Of a stretch of 64,000 nt of DNA, positions 11,835-20,208 are shown one piece after another (position 1 is the first letter of the stretch; each line of letters begins with the position of its first letter). The notes beneath the pieces are model-generated. The model ran no database searches, had not been told where the DNA came from, and saw only the letters and a program-made list of their open reading frames with translations. Location of the stretch: NCBI GenBank assembly GCA_034226945.1, contig CP120459.1, positions 310,001 to 374,000 on the forward strand, in the 5' to 3' direction. This DNA is from Picochlorum sp. SENEW3 (Eukaryota). The position numbers and the translations under genes are program-made.

Positions 11835-11842
11835 TATAAATA
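11835..11842 (+). promoter_or_regulatory. TATA box (TATAAATA) of the His-rich repeat gene
   Basis: Consensus TATA ~140 bp upstream of the ATG at 11977, followed by an A-rich leader. Confidence 0.7.
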
Positions 11843-11976
11843 TGGGACGCGGACATGTACGACACCAGAATCAATTTCAATTGAAACTATAACAAGCAAA
11901 TATCTTTGATAAAAAAGACGTGTAATACACACATATATACTTCAAGGTATACTAGAACAAAGTCAATCGATACGTA

Positions 11977-14397
11977 ATGCAAGGAAACAACGGAAACGGA
12001 GCAAACCTGCACGGCATGTCATGTCGCGGAAGTTGTCACGACATGGACCAAGCCTCACTTGCATACCACCATACTCTTGCTATGCACTTGATGCATTCCA
12101 TGGGTACTATTTATGGGGCACATTCTCCAGCTGGGGGTTCAGGTAGCAGGGGATGCCACTCTGGATTAGATGCTGCACATGCTGCCCATGGAGCTGATAT
12201 TCATGCTGCCCATGGAATCAATGTCTCGGGAGGGCAAGGATGCCACTCTGGTATGGATGCTGCCCATGGAGGTGATATTCATGCTGCTCATGGAATCAAT
12301 GTCTCGGGTGGATGCCACTCTGGTATGGATGCTGCCCATAAAGGTGATATTCATGCTGCTCATGGAATCAATGTCTCTGGAGGACATGGATGCCACTCTG
12401 GTATGGATGCTGCCCATGGAGGTGATATTCATGCTGCTCATGGAATCAATGTCTCGGGTGGATGCCACTCTGGTATGGATGCTGCCCATGGAGGTGATAT
12501 TCATGCTGCTCATGGAGTAAATGTCTCGGGTGGATGCCACTCTGGTATGGATGCTGCCCATAAAGGTGATATTCATGCTGCTCATGGAATCAATGTCTCT
12601 GGAGGACATGGATGCCACTCTGGTATGGATGCTGCCCATGGAGGTGATATTCATGCTGCTCATGGAATCAATGTCTCGGGTGGATGCCACTCTGGTATGG
12701 ATGCTGCTCATGGAGGTGATATTCATGCTGCTCATGGAGTAAATGTGTCTGGAGGACAGGGATGTCACTCTGGTATGGCTGCTGCCCATGGAGGTGATAT
12801 TCATGCTGCTCATGGAATCAATGTCTCTGGAGGACATGGATGCCACTCTGGTATGGATGCTGCCCATGGAGGTGATATTCATGCTGCTCATGGAATCAAT
12901 GTCTCGGGTGGATGCCACTCTGGTATGGATGCTGCCCATAAAGGTGATATTCATGCTGCTCATGGAATCAATGTCTCTGGAGGACATGGATGCCACTCTG
13001 GTATGGATGCTGCCCATAAAGGTGATATTCATGCTGCTCATGGAATCAATGTCTCTGGAGGACATGGATGCCACTCTGGTATGGATGCTGCCCATGGAGG
13101 TGATATTCATGCTGCTCATGGAATCAATGTCTCGGGTGGATGCCACTCTGGTATGGATGCTGCCCATAAAGGTGATATTCATGCTGCTCATGGAATCAAT
13201 GTCTCTGGAGGACATGGATGCCACTCTGGTATGGATGCTGCTCATGGAGGTGATATTCATGCTGCTCATGGAGTAAATGTGTCTGGAGGACAGGGATGTC
13301 ACTCTGGTATGGCTGCTGCCCATGGAGGTGATATTCATGCTGCTCATGGAATCAATGTCTCTGGAGGACATGGATGCCACTCTGGTATGGATGCTGCCCA
13401 TGGAGGTGATATTCATGCTGCTCATGGAATCAATGTCTCGGGTGGATGCCACTCTGGTATGGATGCTGCCCATAAAGGTGATATTCATGCTGCTCATGGA
13501 ATCAATGTCTCTGGAGGACATGGATGCCACTCTGGTATGGATGCTGCCCATAAAGGTGATATTCATGCTGCTCATGGAATCAATGTCTCTGGAGGACATG
13601 GATGCCACTCTGGTATGGATGCTGCTCATGGAGGTGATATTCATGCTGCTCATGGAGTAAATGTGTCTGGAGGACAGGGATGTCACTCTGGTATGGCTGC
13701 TGCCCATGGAGGTGATATTCATGCTGCTCATGGAATCAATGTCTCGGGTGGATGCCACTCTGGTATGGATGCTGCCCATAAAGGTGATATTCATGCTGCT
13801 CATGGAGTAAATGTGTCTGGAGGACAGGGATGTCACTCTGGTATGGATGCTGCTCATGGAGGTGATATTCATGCTGCTCATGGAGTAAATGTCTCGGGAG
13901 GACAAGAATGCCACTCTGGGCTGGATGCTGCCCATGGAGCTGATATTCATGCTGCTCATGGAGTAAATGTGTCTGGAGGACAGGGATGTCACTCTGGTAT
14001 GGCTGCTGCCCATGGAGGTGATATTCATGGTGCTCATGGAGTAAATGTGTCTGGAGGACAGGGATGTCACTCTGGTATGGATGCTGCTCATGGAGGCGAT
14101 ATCCATGCTTTTCATGGAGTAAATGTCTCGGGAGGACAGGGATGCCACTCTGGTATGGATGCTGCTCATGGAGCTGATATTCATGCTGCTCATGGAGTAA
14201 ATGTCTCTGGAGGACAGGGATGCCACTCTGGATTGGATGCTGTGCATGCTGCCCATGGAGCTGATATTCATGCTGCCCATGGAATCAATGTCTCAGCAGA
14301 CCAGATATGCCAGGTGGATACAGATCAAGATGGAGAAGATGAGGATGCCCCAGCAGACGCAGGTGTTGATGGAGAGGATGGAAAAGATTGCCAATAA
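11977..14397 (+). CDS. His/Gly/Ala-rich tandem-repeat protein (28 x 24/26 aa) with acidic tail; function unknown
   Basis: 806-aa ORF with unique N- and C-termini, TATA and HSE upstream, TGTAA at ~14528 downstream; repeat length variants are all multiples of 3. Confidence 0.8.
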   Translation: MQGNNGNGANLHGMSCRGSCHDMDQASLAYHHTLAMHLMHSMGTIYGAHSPAGGSGSRGCHSGLDAAHAAHGADIHAAHGINVSGGQGCHSGMDAAHGGDIHAAHGINVSGGCHSGMDAAHKGDIHAAHGINVSGGHGCHSGMDAAHGGDIHAAHGINVSGGCHSGMDAAHGGDIHAAHGVNVSGGCHSGMDAAHKGDIHAAHGINVSGGHGCHSGMDAAHGGDIHAAHGINVSGGCHSGMDAAHGGDIHAAHGVNVSGGQGCHSGMAAAHGGDIHAAHGINVSGGHGCHSGMDAAHGGDIHAAHGINVSGGCHSGMDAAHKGDIHAAHGINVSGGHGCHSGMDAAHKGDIHAAHGINVSGGHGCHSGMDAAHGGDIHAAHGINVSGGCHSGMDAAHKGDIHAAHGINVSGGHGCHSGMDAAHGGDIHAAHGVNVSGGQGCHSGMAAAHGGDIHAAHGINVSGGHGCHSGMDAAHGGDIHAAHGINVSGGCHSGMDAAHKGDIHAAHGINVSGGHGCHSGMDAAHKGDIHAAHGINVSGGHGCHSGMDAAHGGDIHAAHGVNVSGGQGCHSGMAAAHGGDIHAAHGINVSGGCHSGMDAAHKGDIHAAHGVNVSGGQGCHSGMDAAHGGDIHAAHGVNVSGGQECHSGLDAAHGADIHAAHGVNVSGGQGCHSGMAAAHGGDIHGAHGVNVSGGQGCHSGMDAAHGGDIHAFHGVNVSGGQGCHSGMDAAHGADIHAAHGVNVSGGQGCHSGLDAVHAAHGADIHAAHGINVSADQICQVDTDQDGEDEDAPADAGVDGEDGKDCQ
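12154..14295 (+). repeat. Coding minisatellite, 28 units of mostly 72/78 bp, with higher-order blocks
   Basis: Unit tgccactctggtatggatgctgcccatggaggtgatattcatgctgctcatggaatcaatgtctc(g/t)gg...; 28 CHSG motifs counted. Confidence 0.97.
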
Positions 14398-14780
14398 TGA
14401 ATGTTCACATCTGAAAATGATTGCGAAATCTCACACGGTTACATGTATGATGGTATCACATGTGATGACTCATCATTTGCTACAGTTGCGTTCGGAGCAT
14501 TGTCACAACATCAAGTTTTCATGAATCTGTAACACTGAATACATGGCAACCATTATAACTAATCTCGATAGAAGCATATACCCTTAAGAAGAATGTACAA
14601 CGAGGCATGAGTTCATCCGTGTCGTGTTCATGTACGAATACGGCAAGCTTGAGCTTGTGGAAGACTTTGGTCTCAGAAGCTGCGCCAAGTGCAGTCTCAA
14701 AAAATTTGCTTTTTTTTCATCTCAAGAACATCCATAGTACTCAAAAATGTTCTTCATGGATATGTGTAACGTTAATTATC

Positions 14781-15896
14781 ATGAAAGAGACATTCAACGG
14801 ATGTAGTACAAAAAAAGGTATCGTGGTCGTCTTGGTCACCTTCACGTCTTTGGCTGCCTTCTTTACTCTATTGCCTTTTCAAAGCCACGGACATGGATCA
14901 TCAACGCATTTTCACATATTCACGAGGTCGGAGAAAAAGCTCATATGGGTTACCTCGATACATGGGGATCATCCTGATGGAATTTGCTATCTGAAAATGG
15001 CCCTGAAGAGTGCTGTTCAAAAGTGTACAAGTCTGTTTCCAGTCGTCCTTCATGCAGGTCAGGTAAGCCACCAAATAGATTTGAAACTCTACGGAAAGTT
15101 TGCTACATTCATCAACTTCGAATCAAACTATACATCAGTGCTGAAAGCTCGCTACCAAGTGGAGTCCATAGGTTCAGTATTTGCCCGCTTGGAATCTGCT
15201 TCTGTGTTGATGCACAGTATCAAATCAGGGGCTTTGCGCGGTAAAAATCTCATTACATCTCATTTTATGTACACAGATGTCGATATAATGTTCATGAGAG
15301 ATTTTCCTGTCCAAACGCTTTCCACTCCATCCTCTGTGGCCTTTAGTTCTCAAATACTACAAATTCCAACACCTGAAAATACAGGTGTGATGATCATTAA
15401 TACGTCATGGCTACATCAGGAAGTGTCTCATATCATGAGCTACGGTTTGGCCACAAATTTTAAACACGTAGCTATGGACCAAGGACTGCTTATAGACTAT
15501 TTGCACAAAATTGGTATCAAACCAGAGTATCTGGACCTGGTGTACAATTGGAAAGCATACTGGGGAGGTAATCGTACGACTCCCTTCATCGTCCATTGGC
15601 ACGGCCCAAAGCCATTAGACAATTGCAGCGAGTGCATCTACATGAACTACAAATCTGGTCAGATATCTAGAAAGTGGCTGGAGAATCCAATCAAAACGAC
15701 ATCAGTAGGAGGATCATTCATGATTGGAGATTTCAATGCATCACAGTGTGATCATAGTGAGATTTGTCCCCGAATTTATCTTGAAGTTTTGAGGGCTCAG
15801 CACAGCAATATAGGGGACTGGATTCGTCGTTTTGAGGAATACACATCCACATCAAACAATGTATGCTTGAATGAATCCTACCAGTCTCTTGCATGA
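14781..15896 (+). CDS. GT8-like glycosyltransferase, type II membrane anchor
   Basis: N-terminal TM (IVVVLVTFTSLAAFFTLL); YTDVDIMF (DxD), NTGVMIIN, DQGLL, YNW, IVHWHGPKP. Start chosen at MKETF. Confidence 0.75.
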   Translation: MKETFNGCSTKKGIVVVLVTFTSLAAFFTLLPFQSHGHGSSTHFHIFTRSEKKLIWVTSIHGDHPDGICYLKMALKSAVQKCTSLFPVVLHAGQVSHQIDLKLYGKFATFINFESNYTSVLKARYQVESIGSVFARLESASVLMHSIKSGALRGKNLITSHFMYTDVDIMFMRDFPVQTLSTPSSVAFSSQILQIPTPENTGVMIINTSWLHQEVSHIMSYGLATNFKHVAMDQGLLIDYLHKIGIKPEYLDLVYNWKAYWGGNRTTPFIVHWHGPKPLDNCSECIYMNYKSGQISRKWLENPIKTTSVGGSFMIGDFNASQCDHSEICPRIYLEVLRAQHSNIGDWIRRFEEYTSTSNNVCLNESYQSLA

Positions 15897-16073
15897 TGAG
15901 GAGATTGCAAGGAATCAATGAATGAATTCCTTGAAAGAATGCATTACTTTGTACTTTCCTGAGAGATGAATCATATCTCCCAAGATATGATTGTGTCAAA
16001 ATTCGATACTTGTGCATATCCCTTACAGACCCAACCCAAATTTAATTGTATTCATTTGACTACTTCTATAACG

Positions 16074-18686
16074 ATGATTCTCTCGCAATTCCCAGGCATG
16101 GGAGTATTCGAGAGGATACAAACTGGCGGACAAGGGATTACAGGAAACCGACAAAACCGGGGGATTTCTGTCAATACAGGGCGTTCTCATCTTCTCAGAT
16201 ATACCACTAGTACAATAAATAGATATGTGAGACTGCAAGCGAAAAATACAATGTCAGAGCAGGTCGATACTGCCAAAGAGGAAGACAGTACAGCTGGCCC
16301 CAAGGTGAGAAGGAGAAGAACCAAGACGAAAAAGAGGGAAGGATTGACGCTCACATCGACCGCATCTCATGGTGGGGTTGTCAAAAGTACACGATTGGTG
16401 GACAAGGATGCGGTTTCCATTGGGATTGACGTGACAGAGTGTGGAGATGATGCCGAGGTGGATGTGTTGTGGTATGTTGCATCTGCTTCTTTCATTTTTC
16501 TACCGGTATGTGGACTGACGAATGCTTTATTATTCTGTGTGTGTATCATCAGGGGCGTGTATCGAGCATCTCCAGATATATGGCAGTATCCAAAGGCGAT
16601 TCAGTCGCCTGATAGTTGTATGGACGAGACAATGAATGCCATGAGTACACGAATGACATGCAAGAAGGGGGTGCACAGTGTGGCATTCGATGTGCCTGCT
16701 GCACTGGCGCCGCTGACGTTTGCATACGTTCTTGTGATTCGGAGTGACAATGATAGAATTATTCCTCCGGCGAAAGGCGCGTATTTTACGACTCAGATTG
16801 GTGTAGAGCCTGGGAGTGCGAAGAGATTGGGCTGCATGCCTTTTGTGAAGCAGCATCAATCAGGAGCTACAAAAGATGTTGGCATCAACTTTGCAGTTGA
16901 ATGTCAAGGTTGTGACTATGTGTCTCTTGTATTGGTCAAGTCTGTGCAGGATGATAGTGAGTATGCACAGCAGGAGATTGCTTTGGATCCACACATGAAT
17001 CGGACAGGGAGTGTTTGGCATTGTGCAATACCATACTCTGATGATCTTGTTGGATATGGATGGCGGGTCAATGGGGATTTGAGCTGGGAGACAAATCACC
17101 GGATTTCTCCCGATAGGATATTACTGGATCCAGAAGCTTTTTCTGTGAAGTTTGTTGATACATCTGTGCAGTCTCTTTCTGGATTCCCTGTTATTGAGAC
17201 GAGACAGGGAGAGGAAAAGATTGCTCTGAGCGGCATTGATTCTACCATATCAAAAGATACGATGTCTGCGGTGAATGTGAATTCAACAGGTTATGGAATA
17301 TTGTCGGTCGATACGGCAACATTTGGACACAGCATGAGTGAGGTGAAGCATCCTGGCACATTCATAGGCATTGCAGAAGCAGCACCATATTTTGCATCAC
17401 TTGGCATTGCTGCGATCAAGATGAATCTTCCATATACTGTTGGAGGGTCCCAAAACCGTGCTGTATCATTTTTTGCGCCTGATCCATCCTTAGCGTCATC
17501 ATCTACGGACAATGTTGCAGCAGAGTTCAAGTCAATGGCTGACACGCTCCATGCGATTGGCATCAAGGTCATCATATCCTTGGATCTCACATTCACCGCA
17601 GAAGGGTCAGATGAAGATCCACACGTGATTTCATGGAGAGGATTAGATTATGGAAATTATTACAGGGAGAATGGTGTGTTGAATTGTGGAAAACCAGTCC
17701 TTCAGGAACACATCATTCGAGCATTGCGGCATTGGATGCTGGATCTCGGCGTGGGTGGTTTTGAATTCATGTACGCGGAAAATATGGTTCAGAATATGGA
17801 TGATGTCGTCATGGATGCACCTGCATTACCTGACGCGTTATGTCACGACCCAGTGTTGTCTCGCTGTATGATGATTGCCTCCCCCGGCAACAATCAGATG
17901 CTCCCAAGACAAGGTGCCAGGGGATTCCCGCACTGGGGAAGATGGATGGAAGCGCATGGCACCTGTGATTCACCTGTGATTCACTATTTTGCAACGCCAG
18001 TCTCGTCGATGACGCCATCCGTGGTAGAGAAATGCGCCCAGTTCATGTCTGGTCAGGCTGATCTCTTCTCCTCTCCACATCACAGTTTCCCAGGGAACTT
18101 GGCAACACGGAGACCGATGCAGTATTCCATCAGCGAGATTGATGGAAATGCATGGACATCTACAGATTCGTTAATATCAACCGCAGCCAGTGCAGCGCGT
18201 GCTGCGATGATTGCTGATGGGGTGGATTCTTGCTTGGTGACATCAGATTCCTTGACCAGAGCCATCCTGACCACGGTCATATTTTCATCAGGAACGCCCT
18301 GCATTCCACAAGAAGCAATCCATGATGATATTGACACATTCGTGGGAGAATGCCTCACGTGCCGCCCAGTCTTGTCCAACGTCTTGGATGGAGCCTCACA
18401 CAGAAGCTGGCATGCATCTGATGGAACAAGTCATGCATCATGGGATGCCATGAATACCCACGTGATAGGACGTCTTCTGACGAATGAATCAGGGAGCATG
18501 TATATTGTATTGAATCCAGAATACCATCCAGTTGATATCAGTCTGCCCCCAGTACCAGGAGCCTGGCATCAGATTGTAGATTCCTATTCTGGTGACGTGC
18601 AACCAGCAGGCATGCCAGTAGCAACACCCACCCAAACCATTGCTGCCAAATCTGTCCGTGTATTCACAGCCTCCGCAACAGTATAA
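16074..18686 (+). CDS. ISA2: Isoamylase-like GH13 protein, probably non-catalytic ISA2 type; in-frame intron 16472-16552
   Basis: NRTGSVWH, YGWRVNG, ILLDP, GTFIGI, SFFAP, EFKSMADTLHAIGIKVII, SWRGLD, LRHW; catalytic DGFRFD is replaced by GGFEFM. Confidence 0.7.
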   Translation: MILSQFPGMGVFERIQTGGQGITGNRQNRGISVNTGRSHLLRYTTSTINRYVRLQAKNTMSEQVDTAKEEDSTAGPKVRRRRTKTKKREGLTLTSTASHGGVVKSTRLVDKDAVSIGIDVTECGDDAEVDVLWYVASASFIFLPVCGLTNALLFCVCIIRGVYRASPDIWQYPKAIQSPDSCMDETMNAMSTRMTCKKGVHSVAFDVPAALAPLTFAYVLVIRSDNDRIIPPAKGAYFTTQIGVEPGSAKRLGCMPFVKQHQSGATKDVGINFAVECQGCDYVSLVLVKSVQDDSEYAQQEIALDPHMNRTGSVWHCAIPYSDDLVGYGWRVNGDLSWETNHRISPDRILLDPEAFSVKFVDTSVQSLSGFPVIETRQGEEKIALSGIDSTISKDTMSAVNVNSTGYGILSVDTATFGHSMSEVKHPGTFIGIAEAAPYFASLGIAAIKMNLPYTVGGSQNRAVSFFAPDPSLASSSTDNVAAEFKSMADTLHAIGIKVIISLDLTFTAEGSDEDPHVISWRGLDYGNYYRENGVLNCGKPVLQEHIIRALRHWMLDLGVGGFEFMYAENMVQNMDDVVMDAPALPDALCHDPVLSRCMMIASPGNNQMLPRQGARGFPHWGRWMEAHGTCDSPVIHYFATPVSSMTPSVVEKCAQFMSGQADLFSSPHHSFPGNLATRRPMQYSISEIDGNAWTSTDSLISTAASAARAAMIADGVDSCLVTSDSLTRAILTTVIFSSGTPCIPQEAIHDDIDTFVGECLTCRPVLSNVLDGASHRSWHASDGTSHASWDAMNTHVIGRLLTNESGSMYIVLNPEYHPVDISLPPVPGAWHQIVDSYSGDVQPAGMPVATPTQTIAAKSVRVFTASATV

Positions 18687-18904
18687 CGTAGATATGAATG
18701 ATCCAATGATGAATGTATCTTGTATAATCATATTCGATTGAAAGGAATGGACCCTATTGAGATCAACATCATCTCGAAAAGCCAGGGTGGTTGCTTCAAA
18801 TTACCAAACCTCCGATTGTTGCATCAATCCAAGCAGGACGCACCAGATGTACTATTAAAATTATTTAAAATAATTTACTCATCTCAGATACGATAATCAG
18901 CGCC

Positions 18905-20164
18905 ATGTTTGCCGCCTCTCAAATCAAACTGGCTGGTCTTCGCCTTTCTGTCAACCGCCCTGGTACGATGAGTTGTCATCTGTGGATATTTGGTATTTTT
19001 TATATGTTCTAAAACATATATGAGGGGGGAGGGATCAAAATGGGAGTGATCCTACTACAGTTGGGGGCGATCGCAACGCTGCTGTTCTCCGACTGGAGGG
19101 TGATTATGCTCTGATGCCCCATGGATGGGCTTGATATTCAAATTTTGAACCTTTTTATCACTCTAAATACTCCATATGCAGGTGGCAGAGTGCTCTCTGG
19201 GAAGAGAGGCCTGGTTGTTCAGCCTCGTATGGCCAGCTTTGATAGGCCTGCAGGGGGTGCTTCTCGTGGTATTCCAGTTCCAGCAGACTTGAAGAGTAGT
19301 GTTGTTGACAGTACTGTCAGTAGTAACAATGGTGGATCTGTGTCTGTGTCTGGAGAGGTGTTGACCAACAGTGTGTTGGGTCCAGCTGCCATTTATGAAA
19401 AGGCATCTGATATGGGGGCATACAAGGCTTCATTGCCATGGTGGAAGATTATACTGCTCGGAGCTATTGCTGGGTGCTATGTTGCTCTTGGAGGAGCATT
19501 GTTGTTGACGGTGGGGCCAAACTGCCCAGGTCTTGCCCAGTCAAATCCAGGATTGCAAAAGTACATCATGGGAGCGATTGGATTCCCATATGCTCTCCTT
19601 GCCATTCTCACCTGTGGTGCAGAGCTCTTCACAGGTAACACTGCGTTGGTGACCACTGCCGTGTATGAAGGAAAGGCAACCATCAAGCAGTTGCTCAAGT
19701 CATGGTCCTGCTCTTACTTTGGGAACATGATTGGGTGCGCCTTGGGAATTGCTCTCTTTTACAACACTGGGTTGATGCCACAGTTCACCAATGGAGCCGA
19801 GTCTCTTGCTCTGTATAAGACAGCCGCTCCACTGAAAGCAACATTCATGAAGGCTATTGCTGCCAACTGGTTTGTGTGCTTGGCTGTGTGGCAGTCCATT
19901 GCTGCACAGAGCTTTGGAGGCAAGTTTATTGCATGCTTGGGACCAGTTTCTGCCTTTGTCTGTGTTGGTCTGGAGCACTGCATTGCAAACATGTTCTTCG
20001 TTCCTCTTGGAATTATTGCTGGTGCTAATGTGACAATGGGACAGTTTTTGGTGAACAACCTCATCCCAGTCACTCTTGGAAACATTTTTGCTGGTACTGT
20101 TCTTGTTGCCACCATGTACTCATTGATCTATGGATCTCTTGGGAGGAAAATTACACAGAAGTAA
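18905..20164 (+). CDS. NAR1: Formate/nitrite transporter (NAR1 family), plastid transit peptide; intron 18963-19181
   Basis: GAELFTGNT, YFGNMIG, ANWFVCLAVW, GLEHCIANMF, NLIPVTLGNIFAG; exon 1 MFAASQIKLAGLRLSVNRP G|gtacg. Confidence 0.9.
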
Positions 20165-20208
20165 ACGATACACTTGACGATATTTTTCAGTTTTGTAAGT
20201 AAACAATT

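Noticed and set aside
12166..14280. 704-aa antisense ORF and +2-frame ORFs over the minisatellite
   Set aside because: Shadow frames of a 3n repeat, confined to the repeat, with no promoter; the + strand ORF has unique termini, TATA and HSE.
12154..14295. CRISPR-like array
   Set aside because: Contiguous tandem units without unique spacers; eukaryotic coding repeat, no cas genes.
17740..17790. Isoamylase catalytic loss as a novelty
   Set aside because: Non-catalytic ISA2 subunits are established in green plants and algae.
18963..19181. snoRNA in the longer NAR1 intron (GGGGC...CTGA-TGCCCC stem)
   Set aside because: D-like box and terminal stem present but no convincing C box or identifiable guide.
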